This document shows, one piece after another, positions 1 through 14,105 of a DNA stretch of 64,000 bases. Made by a program: the position numbers and the translations under genes. Numbering within the stretch: position 1 is the first letter of the stretch; every line of letters starts with the position of its first letter. The notes beneath the pieces were generated by a model. That model saw only the letters and a program-made list of their open reading frames with translations, was not told the origin of the DNA and made no database searches. The DNA comes from the human T2T-CHM13v2.0 reference genome, Homo sapiens, in the NCBI RefSeq assembly GCF_009914755.1, contig NC_060929.1; one strand, 5' to 3'.

Positions 1-748
1 GGGACTTGGTCTGTTTTATTCATTGCTGTGTTTCAACTCCTACAACAGATCACATGGTAAGTTCTCAAAAACTGAATTAATACTTAATGATTAGATTAAT
101 ACTTACAATGGAATGAGTGCTTACTGACTGAATTCATAGACAGCAGTTCCATGGGTGCCAGTGGAACAGTAATCAGGACAAGAATGCCAGAACTGGGCAA
201 TATACTGAGATAGTTTTAAGAGAACAGACTCTAGACAGGCAATAGAAGAGTGGAAGTGTATATAATTGCCAAGATCAGGAAGAACTGGGAGAGCAGAAAC
301 CTAGGTTGATAAGTAAGAAGTCAAAGTTTGACAGTTGTGGTCTGGATAGGTAAATGTCTGAATTCCAGGAGATAGAGAGGTCTGGTTTGGAACAAGCAAC
401 TAGAAGAAAATAATATAAACTTGACTGAAATACTCTGTTTTAGTGAACAGCCTTACACCTGTTATATGCCAAGGGCATGGACAATTAAGTTGACAGATGT
501 CTGTGGATAAAATAAGGGATCTGGTCAAGAACAAGTAAAAAAGCAATTCTTGTAGGTGGGTTTCAGCACAGTGACTGTATTTATGTAAAGATGACTCAAT
601 GATTGGCGGAAGCATATCGTGAAAGATAGAAATTATCGGGTTGTTTCTGACACTGATACACTTATACTAATGCTGCTTATGCTTTCTTGCATTCCCTGGT
701 AGTCCCTTACAGTGAATAGTTGTAAACATAATCATAAAATCACTCAGA

Positions 749-1041
<293 letters not shown>

Positions 1042-1246
1042 TCAGAATTGTTAAAAGACTCTCAGGTCAATAAAAGTGCATGTTAGAATGCCTAAGTACT
1101 TTTCTTATCTTTTTGCGCTCACTGGGAGAGGAGAGAGGGATAGGAAAGATGGCTTGTGCTGTGAGAAAAGTGGAGATCATAGAGAAGAGGGACTGATGGT
1201 TGCCCAGCTGAGGTGGACAGACTCAGCATCAAAAGAATGGTAGTTC

Positions 1247-1948
1247 TGTTAGAGTAGGTAGTTAGGCAGACATGAGCAGTGCAGGAGAGGCCACTCCTTC
1301 CCAACCAGGAATGTCAGGTAATCATCAGATGATGGTTAGGTGGTTGTTATACTATCTAAAATAATAACTGGTTGCAGTCAGCGCCAGGGAAAGTCCATCT
1401 CCCGATAGAAAACACCTGAAACTTGTAATCAGCACTTCCCAATAAGATCTCAGAAGCTGGGCGAGTTGGCTCAAGCACGTGGAGTAAGAGGCAAAATGGC
1501 ACAGTTTAACAGGTATATGACCTTCCTCTAGGAACACTCGACTGGTAAGGGTAAAACGCCGCAAGTGAGAATGCATACAACTTCAGAAAACACACTGTGC
1601 ATGTAGCCCCTCCCAAGTGTTGGCAGGTCACTGCACATGCAGACAGCCCATCCCAGGGGAGAATCGGGGGAGAAAAAACAAAATACCCGGAAGCATGCCA
1701 ATGTATAAAACCCCATGTCAAAGGTCAAACCATGCACTTGGATCTGTCAAGTCACTCATTTGGCCCTCTTCCAAGTATATTTTGCTTTCTTTAGTTCCTG
1801 CTCTAAAATCGTTAATAAACTTTTACTCCTGCTCTAAAACTTTCTTCTGTCTCCCGCTCTGCCTTATGCCCCCTTGGTCGAATTCTTTCTTATGAGAAGG
1901 CAAGAATTGAGGTTGGTGCAGATCCGTATGAATTTGCCACTGCTAACA
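1247..1948 (+). mobile_element. MER50 solo LTR (ERV1)
   Basis: Begins TGTTAGAGTAGGTAGTTAGGCAGACATGAGCAG and ends GCTAACA (TG..CA). Contains TATA-like TGTATAAAA and AATAAA. Imperfect 4-bp TSD GTTC/CTTC. Confidence 0.85.
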
Positions 1949-2380
1949 CTTCCCTGCTCAAATCCCCTCTGCCCACCCAAGAAATCACCTGCAGACAGGT
2001 TCTATCCATCTCCAAGGCTTCCAGAATCTTTCTACCTGAAGACACTTTCTTGCCTAAGGAGTATGCTTAGCTTGGGCATTGAGCAGGTGGAAAATGCCAA
2101 GGAGTTCAGAATGAAGAGTGGGAGATGATGGATAAACACCATGTTCTCCCTTCAGTGGGATAGATCCATGCCATGCCCCAGATTGTCACTCAGAAGGTAC
2201 ACTGCAGGATGGCGCCCCAGGTTCCCATGAGGACCACATCAACACACTCTTTATTGTCTTCTCTTCCTAGTCTCAGTCCCTCATTCTCTCATTGTGTTTC
2301 CTGGGATTATATCCCAAACAAACTACTTGTATTCTAACTCTCATCCTAAACTCTGCCTTGGGGGAAACTAAAACTTAATA
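1949..2380 (+). mobile_element. Old ERVL LTR (LTR16-like), probably interrupted by MER50
   Basis: 3' end TTTCCTGGGATTATATCCCAAACAAACTACTTG...CTCTGCCTTGGGGGAAACTAAAACTTAATA resembles the LTR16 terminus. Confidence 0.55.
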
Positions 2381-5079
2381 GTAACTAGTTAAGGGTAAAT
2401 GAAAACAATGTTGAATTGTCTTCTAAACCCCATGCATATTCATAATATTTTCATAAGCTTCTTCTTTCATTGATGATGCACTATATCTGACTACCCTTCC
2501 AAATGTTGATACTGTGTGTAAGAGATTACCCATTATAATCATGGTTACTGAAGAGTTTTCAATCCATAAATTTTATGTATGCCCAAGTTAGAATGTTCAG
2601 TATTAAGGAATTGTGAATTAAATCAGGTTCAATTTAAACATGCAGAATTTAATTAATCTTTATATGTATTTCTAGATAATAAATTGCTTGTAGGAGGCTA
2701 ACATTTGCTTAAATTTTGTATAATGCTGACTTAATATATAAATATGTAACAATTTGTGACTTTACAAATTCTAGCCATTCCGTACTCATGCTTTAAAAAT
2801 GGTTCCAAAGTCGACATTCACCTAAGTAGATTGTGAAAGTAGATAAGATGAATTGGAGAAACACCCCGAAATGTCAAAAAGCATCTCCAAAATGTAACTA
2901 ATAAATTTTTCATTTTTAATTTTTTCTATAATTTAAAAATAATTTCCCCTAAAATTAATACTATACAGATTTCTTACTTTGTATCCCTTTTAAAATATAA
3001 CAATTTTGCAATCAGTCAATAATAAGGACAAAAGATTTAATTTGTGAAATGGGCAAACTGGAAGTCGTAATAAAAGCGAACAGTTTTCTTTTCCCCCAAG
3101 ATAGTGGATCAGAGGCTTTGTTAGCTCACCTCACCCACTTGGAAATAGCAAAACAGGGTGTAATATTCACACTGGGAACTTTTATCCAAGAAGGATCCAA
3201 GAAGAAACACCACAGGTCAAAATAAGTAAATAAATAAAAGTTGTTTGGATACTTTGACTACTTGGAGGTGTGGAGGGCAGCAGCCCATGCTGAGGATTGG
3301 GTGGAAAACTATGTTACCAGAGCAAGAGACGGGGAAAGACTGTCTTTATGCTTCCCACTGAGGAGCCAGGCAATCCTCATGGAGCTCCTGGACCCCACCA
3401 AGGACAAGAAATGATTTGGGGAGCGGTGAGAATTTGTGAGAAGGAATGGCATTGGGAGGTGCTTTGTGCATGCTCCAGACACGGTGTTCATAGAGGGAGA
3501 TCATTCCTGATCCTAGCTCACAGGGACTGTGCAAAAATCTGCCAGTCAGTGGGCATAGCGGTCACAAGCTGGATGAGGCTTTGAACTGGGATTTGCCATC
3601 TGATCTAGGATGAGGGAGGAGCCCTCATAGTCAGAACAGAAAGGAGAGTGTGGTGTAGGTTCTGCTGCCAGTACAGGAGTTGATTCACTGGACTGGACCA
3701 GGAGGGATGTGACCTGGGAGCTGTGGCTTCTGTTCCAGGCAGGGAGTCTTGTGACCTGAGGCAATTTCACAATCTGAACATTGACTGCTTGAGACTTGGC
3801 TGGCAGTTCTGGCCTGCTGCCAGCAACAGGCCACCAGTGGGATACCTGCTGGGTTAAGGGTTTGGGAAGTAGGTGGCTCCCACTACTGCCTGCTGGGCTG
3901 TGGATCCTGGGCTGTCCCCTCCCCCCCATGCAGGCCCTTTGGCCAGGTAGAGCCCCCCTTGCCCCTCCCTGGAACATTGCCCCAGTGGCCTGAGGGCTGC
4001 CCTCAACCTCTGTCAGTTAGTGACCTTGGGGAAGCCTGATCTTGGGCTTGTCCAGCCAAGCTGTGTTGGACTTCATTACCCCTACCACCTTGGTGGTCAA
4101 ACACCAGACAGGAATCTCTGGGAGTGACCTGAGATTCCATGACTCTGCCCATTGCCCAGGAATTCAAGTGCTTCTGGTTTACAAAGGCCAACCATAAATC
4201 CCACTGCCAACACCTCAGCTGCCTCAGTCCTGCAAGCACCACATATTGGCTGGGAGGTCAACCTGCACAGCCCATTACAACTTCTGATTGCAGTTGCACA
4301 GCAAGTGGGTAGGAGACTAACTTCTCACCACCTTAACTACCACAATCCTCCGTAACACCCCAGCTACTCAGGAGGCCCTGAGCCTGCTCACCCACCCAGT
4401 ACATTACTACCACAGCTGGCATTTGAGAAAGCCACCACACTAAGGCTATTTATAACAAAGGAAATCTTACAGAGTCTGTGCCATTCCTCTGCCACCCCTG
4501 TCAGGGCTGGTGCTTGTGCCTGCTATTGGGAGACCCAGGGCAGCCCTGCCTAGTCTAGCTCTGCTCAACTTAGCCAATGCTCTGTCAAGCCTAGGCCACT
4601 AGGAATCCCACAGATTAGCTCACTGCCTGAAGCACAGGAGAGTTTCTCCTGGTAAACAAAGATCAAGCATAAACCATTCTGTTACTCCCACAGGAGGCTC
4701 TTACATACTAGCACCACCTATTGACTTGGAGGTCAAAATATACAACCCAATACAAAAATTGCTGACACAGGGAACAGTACTCCAGAAAGAAATAAGCATC
4801 TGAGACCTCTGCAGATGAGAAGAAATAGTGTAACAGTTCTGGAAATATGAAAGGACAGGGTGTTATGACACTCTCAAAGGATCACACTAACTCTCCAGCA
4901 GTATAACTTAACAAAGTTGAAATCTTTGAAATACCAAATAAAAAATTCAAAATATTGATTTTAAAGAAGCTTAATGAGACCCATGAGAAAGTTTAAAACC
5001 AATACAAAGAAATCAGAAAATCAATCCAGGATATGAGCAAGAAATTTACCAAAAAACATAGATATTTTAAAAATAGCTA

Positions 5080-5373
5080 AGCTTGGCATGATAGCTCATG
5101 CCTGTAATCCCAACACTTTGGGAGGCTGAGACAGAAGACTCGCTTGAGGCCAGGAGTGGGAGATCAACCTAGGCAACATAATGAGATTCTGGCTCTTCAA
5201 AAATGTTAACAAGTATCCAGGCATGATGGTGTGCCTCTAGTCCCAGCTTCTTGGGAGGCTGAGGCAGTTCTATCCCTTGAGCCTAGGAGACTGAGGCTGT
5301 AGTGAGCTATCATTGCATTACTGCACTCCAGATACTGAACTCAACGGAATGAGACCCTGTCTCTTAAAAAAAA
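5080..5373 (+). mobile_element. AluJ inserted in L1 ORF1
   Basis: Diverged Alu dimer with J-type CTTGAGGCCAGGAG and CTTGAGCCTAGGAG, ending GAGACCCTGTCTCTTAAAAAAAA. Confidence 0.9.
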
Positions 5374-8121
5374 TTAGAACATTGAGAAATAAAGAATTTA
5401 TTGAAGGAATTACAAATATAGTTGAAAGCTTCAACAATAAACTACACCAAGCAGAAGAAAGAATCTAAGAACTTGAACAAGGTCTTTGGAATTAATTCAA
5501 CTGGACATACAGAAAAAAAAAAAGAATTTTAAAAAATAAGCAAAGTCTTCTAGAACCATGGGACTACTTTAAACATCCAAACCCACAAATTATAGGTATT
5601 CCTGAGGGAGAAGAGAAAGAAATAGTCTGGGACACCTATTTGAGGATATAAATGAGGAAAACTTCCATAGTTTAGCAATAGATTTACACACAAATACAAG
5701 AGGCTCAGAGACTCCAGGGAAATACATTGCAAGAAGGACCTCACCATGTTATATAGTCATCAGATTATCCAAGGTTCATCTGAAAGAAAAATATCCTAAA
5801 ATCAGCAAGAGAAAAGCAAGTAGTCATCTATAAAGAAAACTTCATCGGACACAGCACACTTCTTAGCAGAAATCTTACAATAAATCAGAAGAGATTTGTA
5901 TTCTATTCTATCTTCAAGGTGCTTAAAGGAAAAAAAAGGACAATCTCAAATTTTGTATTTTGCCAGAATAAGCTTCATAAATGAAGGAGAAACAAAGTCT
6001 TTCCCAGACAAACAAATGCTGAGGAAACTCATTACCACTAGATTGGTCCTACAATAAAGCTCGAGAGAATTCTAAACATGGAAACAAAAGATTGATACTC
6101 ACCATGGTAAAAACACACGAAAGTGTAAAACTCATGGATCTTATAAAAACAATTACACAAATGAGAGGGTAAAGAAACTAGGTAACATTGTGATTATGAC
6201 AGGAACAAAACCTGACATATCAATATTAATTTTAAATGTAAATGGATTAACTGCTCCACTTAAAAGATATAGATTAGTGGATAGAGAAAAAAACATAATA
6301 TAATCACATGCTGATTAAAAGAAAGAAACCCACCTAACTGGCAAAACTCCTGTAGACTGAAGGATATTCCCCACAAGCAATCAAAAATGAGCGGGAGTAG
6401 CAAGAAGGATTCACAGCTGAATTATACCAGATATACAAGGAAAAACCGGTACAAATCCTATTGAAACTGTTCCAAAAAACTGAAAAGGAGGAAATCCTCC
6501 CTAACTCCTATGAAGCTAGTATCACCCTGGTACCAAAGCCAGGCAAGAACACACACACTCACAAAAGTTAAAGACCAATGTTCCTGATGAACATAGGTGC
6601 AAAAATCCTCAACAAAATACTAGCAAACCAAATCCAACACCACATCAAAAGATAATACACCATGATCGTGTGAGTTTTATTCCAGAGATGCAAGAATGTT
6701 TCAATGTATGCACATCAATAAATGTGATTCACCACATAAAGATAACTAAAACAAAAACCATATGATAATCTCAATAGATGCAACCAAGGCATTTGACAAA
6801 AGTCAGCATCTCTCCTGATGAAAACCCTCCACAAACTAGGCATAGAAGGAGCATATGTCAAAATAATAAAACCCAGCCCTATATGACAGATGCACAGCCA
6901 GTTTCATACTGAATGGAGAAAAGCTGAAAGCATTTCCCTAAGAACTGGAAGGAGACAAGCATATCCACTTTCACCACTCTTATTCAACATAGTACTGGAA
7001 TTCCTAGCGAGATCATTCAGGCAAGAGAAAGAAGTCAAAGACATGCAAATTGGAAAAAAGGAAGTCAAATTATGTCTGTTTGCTGACAATATTATCTTGT
7101 ACCTAGAAAACTCAAAAGACTCCTCCAAAAGTCTCTAGATTTGATAAACGAATTCGGAAAAGTTTCAGGATACAAAATCAACATGCAAAAATTAGTATCA
7201 CTTCTGTACAGCAATAATGATCAAACTGAGAACCAAATCAAGAAGTCAATCCCATATAAGATAGCTACAAATAAATAAAAAAAAATGAATAAATAAATCA
7301 CCTAGGATACATCTAACCAATGAAGTGAAAGATCTCTATAAGAAAAACTACACAACACTGATGAGAGAAATTGTAGAAGACAGAAATAAATGGAAAAACA
7401 TCCCATACTCATGGATTGGGAGAATCAATACTGTTAAAATTACCTAAAGCAGTCTACAAATTCAAGGAAATTCCTATCAAAGTAACAAGATCAATTTTTA
7501 GGGAATTAGAAAAAGCAATTCTAAAATTCATATGGAACCAAAAATAACCCAAATATCCAGAGCAATTCTAAGCCACAAGAACAAAGCTGGAAGCATCACA
7601 TTACCTGACTTAAAATATAGTAGCCAAAACAGCATGGTACTAAAACAAAAACAGACACATAGACGAATGGAACAGAATAGAGAACCCAGAAATAAAGTCA
7701 AATACCTACAGGCAACTGATTGTTGACAAAGTTGACAAAAACTTACAATGAGGAAAGGGTACTCTATTCAATAAGTAGTAGTGTGAAAATTGGATAACCA
7801 TACACAGAATTAAACTGGACCCATATATCTCACCAGATACAAAAATTAACTTCAGGTGGATTAATGATTTAAATGTAAGACCTGAAATAAATATTCTAGA
7901 AGAAAATATAGGGAAAACTCCTCTGGACATTGATCTAGGAAAAAAATTCATGACTGAGACTTCAAAAGCAAATGCAACGAAACCAAAAATAGACAAATGG
8001 ACTTAATTAAACTAAAAAGCTTCTGCACAGCAAAAGACATAATCAACAGAGTGAAAAATGGACAATCTACTGAGTGAGAGAAAATATTTCTAAACTGCAT
8101 GTGACAAAGAATTAATATCCT

Positions 8122-8432
8122 GGCTGGGAGTGTTGGCTCACACCTGTAATCCCAGCACTTTGGGAGGCCAAGGCAGGCAGATTGCTTAAGGCCAGGAGTT
8201 TGAGACCAGCCTGACCAACATGCAACATGATGAAACTGTGTCTCTACTAAAAATACAAAAGTTTGCCAGGCGTGGTGGTGCACACCTCTAATCCCAGCTA
8301 CTCAGAGGAGGCTGAGGCATGACAATCGCTTGAACCTGTGGCAGGGGTTGCAGTGAGCTGAGAGCATGCCACTGCACTCCAGCCTGGGTGACAGAGTGAG
8401 ACTCCATCTCAAAAAATAATAATAATAAAAAT
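8122..8432 (+). mobile_element. AluS inserted in L1 ORF2
   Basis: Full Alu dimer, (AAT)n tail, TSD AATTAATATC on both sides. Confidence 0.93.
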
Positions 8433-9261
8433 AATTAATATCTGGAATTTACAAGGACTCACACAATTCAACAGAAAAAAATAACATCATTAAAAGTGGG
8501 AAAAAATCATGAACAGACATTTTTCAAAAGAAGACATATGAAAGTCCAACAATCATAAAAAATGTCACCATCGCTATCATCGAAGAAATGTACATTAAAT
8601 CACAATGAGATACCACCTTACATGAGTCAGAATGGTTATTGTTAAAAAGTCAAAATTAACAGAGATGTTGGTGAGGATGAGGAGAAAAGGGAATTCTATT
8701 CTGTTGATGGGACTGTAAATTAGTACAACTCCTATATAAAACTGTATGGAGATTTCTCAAATAACTAAAAATAAACTACAATTTGACCCATCAATCCTAA
8801 TGCTGGGTATCTACTTCCCTCAAAAAGGAAATTGTTACATTAAAAATATACCTGCACTCATATGTTTACTACAGCACTATTCACAATAGCAAAGATATGG
8901 AATCAACCTATGTGTCTATCAATGGAGGACTGGATAAAGAAAATGTGGTGTATATACAGCATGGAATATTACTTAGCCATAAGAAAGAATGACATCATGT
9001 CTTTTGCAGCAACATGGATGGAACGGGGCATCATTATCTTAAGTGAAATGACTCAGAAACAGTCAAATACTGCATGGCATGGTCTCACATATAAGTGAGA
9101 GCTAACTAATGTATACACATGGAAACAAAGAGTGGAATAGTAGCATTAAAGATTTGGAAAGGTAGGAGCCATGGGAGAGGGATTAGAGTTGAGAGATTAC
9201 CTAACTTGTATAATGTACAGTATTTGGGTTATGGTTACATGAAAAGTGCAGACTTCACCAT

Positions 9262-10369
9262 TGTTGCGGGAAGTCAGGGACCCTGAATGGAGGAACCAGC
9301 TGGAGCCGTGGCAGAGGAACATAAATTGTGAAGATTTAATGGACATTTATCAGTTCCCAAAATTAATACTTTTATAATTTCTTATGCCTGTCTTTACTTC
9401 AATCTCCGAATATAAATTGTGAAGATTTCATGGACATTTATCAGTTCCCAAATAATACTCTTATAATTTCTTATGCCTGTCTTTACTTTAATCTCTTAAT
9501 CCTGTTATCTTCGTCAGCTGAGAATGTACGTCACCTAAGGACCACTATTGTACAAATTGATTGAAGAACATGTGTGTTTGAACAATATGAAATCTGATTG
9601 TAAAACATGGGTGTTTGAACAATATGAAATCAGTGCACCTTGAAAATGAATAGAATAACAGTGATTTTAGGGAACAAGGGAAGACAACTAAAGGTCTGAC
9701 TGCCTGTGGGGTCGGGAATAATAGAGCCATATTTTTCTTCTCACAGAGCGCCTATAAATGGACATGCAAGTAGGAGAGATATTGCTGAATTCTTTTCCCA
9801 GCAAGGAATATTAATAATTAATACCTTGGGGAAGGAATGCCTTCCTGGGGGGAGGTCTATAAACGGCCGCTCTGGGAGTGTGTGTCTTATGCAGATGAGA
9901 TAAGAGCTGAAATACACCCTGGTCTCCTGCAGTACCCTCAGGCTTATTAGGGTTGGGAAAAATATCCTGCCCTGGTAAATTCGAGGTCAGACCTGTTCTC
10001 TGCTATTGAACCATGTTTTCTGTTGTTAAAGATGTTTATCAAGACAATATGTGCACAGCTGAACATAGACCCTCATCAGTAATTCTAATTTTGCCCTTTG
10101 CCTTGTGATCTTTATTGCCCTTTAAAGCATGTGGTCTTTGTGACCTAATCCCTGTTCGTACACCCCATCCCCTTTTAAAGTCCTTAATAAAAACCTGCTG
10201 GTTTTGTGGCTCAAGCGGACATCACAGACCTACTGATATGTGATGTCACTCCTGGAGGCCCAGCTGTAAAATTCCTCTCTTTGTACTCTTTCTTTTTATT
10301 TCTCAGACTGACTGACACCTAGGGAAAATAGAACATATGTTGAAATATTGGGGGCTGGTTTCCCCGATA
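9262..10369 (+). mobile_element. MER11 solo LTR (HERV-K11/HML-8)
   Basis: Begins TGTTGCGGGAAGTCAGGGACC, carries the internal ATAAATTGTGAAGATTT repeat, ends GGGGGCTGGTTTCCCCGATA. TSD ACCAT at 9257-9261 and 10370-10374, within the L1 3'UTR. Confidence 0.95.
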
Positions 10370-10751
10370 ACCATTATATATACCCATATACCCATGTAAC
10401 AAACCATTAACAATTATTATACTCATGTAACAAACTTGCACATGTACCCCCTAAAAAAAAGAGTAAACAAATTTCCTGAATCTTTGAAATAGTTGTTGTA
10501 GATAGTAATTTGTAAGCTTTTCAGTTCAGTTCACTTTCAATTGAAAAAAGGAATAGTTTTAGTTTTTGATTGTTGGGGGCTGGGGTAAAGCCCACTGTCA
10601 ATTCAGTAACGCATTTAAAAATATTTCAAAATTTTTTGCAAGACATTTATTTCTTTAGTGCCTAGACAATAGTTTTTTTTTTTTTTTTATAGCACTTGGC
10701 AATAACTTTCAATGGTCTATGCTACACAATTTGGGTAATGTTACTCCAATC

Positions 10752-10910
10752 CAGTGGTTCTAAAACATAACATATCAGAATTGCTTGAGAATTTAAGAAG
10801 CACTGAGTCTTTGCTCTACCCTAGATATGCTGAGATTAAAGTAAGTCTCTGCTTGTAGAGCCCAAATGTGTGTATGTTATCCATTTTAGGTTAATCAGCA
10901 TGTATAGCAC
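10752..10910. mobile_element. MER5-like hAT DNA transposon remnant
   Basis: CAGTGGTTCT terminal motif followed by ATCAGAATTGCTTG...TACCCTAGATATGCTGA. Confidence 0.5.
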
Positions 10911-11819
10911 TGGTATACAGGCTGGCAATTTGTGCCCACTAGGGAATGTTTTAGGGTTTGTTAATACATAAGTACTCTCTCTCTTTATTTTGTTTTTTCT
11001 ACATGCCGGCCCCCATTATTATTCACTTACAAATTTTAAAATTTACATTGAGATTTCTTCTTTGACATAAGGATCTTTTTTGGAAGTGTGTTTCTTTATT
11101 TCTAAATATTTGGTGATTTTCTAGTAAAAATATAATTTCTAGTGTATGCATATATATATATATGAATTTTTAAGACTATATTGTTTGTATCATCTTTAAT
11201 CTGATGTTTGAGTATTTCTTTCAGCAGAGTAACAATGTGTAGAAACTGAAAAAGGAACTCAATGTAAGTGGGTTGGCAAGAAATGCATGATGGAATTGAC
11301 TTAACTCAGTGTTCTAATCTGTAATTTCCTGAGGCCTTATTGGCAACCATATATATGCTAGAGGAGAGTAGTCTTTAGAAAAAATAAGTTCCCATGTGAG
11401 AAATGGTATATTGAGAGTCTGAATAATCTTGAGCATTTATTAAAGATATCTTAATTTCTCCATGGAAAAACAATATATCACAATCAAATATTCTGTCTTT
11501 GCAATGAAGTCATAGTTCAAAATACAGTAAACTAATATATGGCATGATTTTAGTCACTTGGAGAAATGCAAGAACAGGACATTTATTTATCATTGTTGCT
11601 AGGAGAATTCTCCTTCAATATCAGGCCAAGACTGATATTTCATACGTAGAGAACAAAAGACAATGTGTACAAGCCATGAGGCCTTATAGTAAACAAAAAT
11701 TATATTAGATCTAGTTTATTGGTTTTAGAATTTTATTAACCTATAGCCAAAGCTTGATGAAAATCCATCATGGTTTAAAATTTAATGTAAATACAAACAA
11801 CCTTGATAATTTAAAAGTC

Positions 11820-12310
11820 AAAAGTAAAAGTATAACTTACAGAAAGCAGGAACTATGGTGAAATGTGGGGAAGAAGGATTGAAGTAGTACATTCTCATCT
11901 GATGTGGTAAGCAGTCAAACAACAATGGAATTTTTAAAAATTCTAAATTCATTATTAAATTTACCAAGTTAACTAAATTAAAAAAAACTAAAGATAATCT
12001 TTCTTCTATCAAATATTTTTAGGACAAGAGGAAGAAAACTGAGAATATTATTAGTGTATTCAATCCTTATATTTCATATGAGGAATTCAGTAAATAGTAC
12101 ATGATGTTAATAAAATAAGATAACAGCTTAAGCATATCATTTAAAGTCACAAGGTAGCCATATGAGGAATTAAAAACAAAAACAATTAGAAAGGTTTTCT
12201 CTGCAAGGTGAAATTTGAGGATTAAGAGGAGGAAATAAAGTAGGAGAAATCTGCTTTTCCATATAAGCTCTGATTATTTGTGCAGATGTTACTTTAATAA
12301 CAATTTAAAG
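11820..12310 (+). mobile_element. Ancient L1M (L1ME-like) 3' fragment
   Basis: A-rich and degenerate, ending with an L1ME-like TGCTTTTCCATATAAGCTC...ATGTTACTTTAATAA. Confidence 0.4.
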
Positions 12311-12750
12311 ACATTTATTAAAATATCATCTGAAGACATCACATCTTTCTGATGTGAACACTTAAAAAAAAAGTTAAAAACTTTTCATTTTGAAAGCATA
12401 TTTAAACCAAAAGGATGTTGGAATTGAAGCAAAGAAAAGACTAAGGGAAGACAAGATTCTTCGAGTCTCTGAGAGGGAATATGGGAAATGAGAATAGAAA
12501 TTCATTGTAAAGGGTAACAGACTGCTTAACGGGGAAAAGAATAAGCTAAGTAGATAAATAAATAAATAAAATAAATATTTAATTTCTTTTAAATTCTTTA
12601 GCTTGTAAGACTTTTTTGGCATGAAATTTAGTATAGAATTGAGGTTACAAAGTACCATTGGTTGTATTTTGAATGTGCATAGAATTTTATTATGAAAACC
12701 ATTTGTTTTTCTTAACATTTCTCCTTTCATTCACAGTATACTCAGTTTAA

Positions 12751-13054
<304 letters not shown>

Positions 13055-13203
13055 TCAAATTGTTCTCTTTTTAAACTACATTATTCTCTGAACTTCCTAT
13101 CTGAAGTCCAGATTGCATTCCATTGCCAAAGGAATCTTGGTAAAATATTTCTTTTATCATAATGCTTTGTTCAGGAATTCAAAATAACTTTATACATATA
13201 TAC

Positions 13204-13252
13204 AGAGAGAGAGAAAGAGAGGAGAGAGAGAGACAGAGAGAGACAGAGAGAG
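13204..13252. repeat. (GA)n/(GACA) microsatellite
   Basis: AGAGAGAGAGAAAGAGAGGAGAGAGAGACAGAGAGAGACAGAGAGAG. Confidence 0.9.
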
Positions 13253-13800
13253 CACTCAAAAGCATTACTATATAATTATAACCGTTAATAAATTATACTG
13301 GGGAAATAATTAAGAAATGGCGTTGTGTTGAACAACCTGGATATATGGCTACCCTAATTTTCAATCTATGATTCTCTCTCTGTTTTTATTTCTGTAGTTA
13401 TTTATCTCTGCATTATTTTGCAGAGAATCATATGATAATTGGCCTGATTTAATAATTCCATAATGTACACAGGTATATGTATTATAAATTATAACAATTT
13501 ATAGTCCTGCAAGGACTGAACTTTTTTCACTGAGTGATTTTTCTTCTAGCTTGGAATTCATTCTTTTTATCTTTTCTCTCTCTCTTTTGAAATTCATGCT
13601 AATTTTCAAGAATAAGAAATCCTCCCTAAAGCTTCTGTAACTATTTGGTTCACACTTACTTCTCTTCTCAGAATTTAGTCTCTGCTACATCACATAGGAC
13701 TTTATTACAGAAGTCTTACATTGCTTTCTCACTATTTTATAGAAGTGATTTCTGCTTTCTCAGGATCATAAACTCCTTGACAACAAAAGTTGTTAAATAC

Positions 13801-14105
13801 TGTATCAGTCAGGGTTCTGGACAGAAACAGTCAGCCACTCACATTGCAAAATTTTAAGAGACTTTATTGAAGAGTCTTTTTGTAAAGGTATGGGCAAGGA
13901 AGCCTAAGGGATGCTGCTGCATCCTAGGGCTAATAACAAAGGAGTTCAGTACCATATGCTAGGCCTGTTGGGACAGGTAGAGGAAGTTGTTCCCCAAACC
14001 CAGATAAAGAGTTGTGGTCCAACAGGAGCTGTGACTGGCAGAGGGACACAGTTACTTGGAGAGAGTGCAGAGTATAAGTCCTCTAATCTTATTATTCTCT
14101 CTACT
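13801..14105 (-). mobile_element. LTR33-like ERVL LTR fragment
   Basis: TGTATCAGTCAGGGTTC...TTTATTGAAGAGTCTTTTTGTAAAGGTATGGGCAAGG resembles the reverse LTR33 3' end. Confidence 0.6.

Larger units (their letters stand above)
3088..10460 (+). mobile_element. Near-full-length decayed LINE-1 (L1PB3/4-type 3' end) with internal ORF2 deletion and nested Alu/MER11 insertions
   Basis: GC-rich 5'UTR (~3090-4800), ORF1 remnant (~4810-6080), ORF2 start near 6196. ORF track shows RT remnants ([35 protein letters not shown]) and C-terminal MFTTALFTIAKIWNQP. 3'UTR ends CATGTACCCCCTAAAAAAAA. Confidence 0.9.

Noticed and set aside
3297-4355. Several overlapping ORFs (up to 143 aa) in a GC-rich stretch, resembling a gene or promoter
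   Set aside because: They lie in the 5'UTR of the old L1. There is no recognisable domain, and GC richness explains the open frames.
9320-9500. ~90-bp tandem duplication (ATAAATTGTGAAGATTT...) and a ~30-bp doublet near 9570-9630
   Set aside because: Internal repeats typical of the MER11 consensus, not CRISPR-like or locus-specific.
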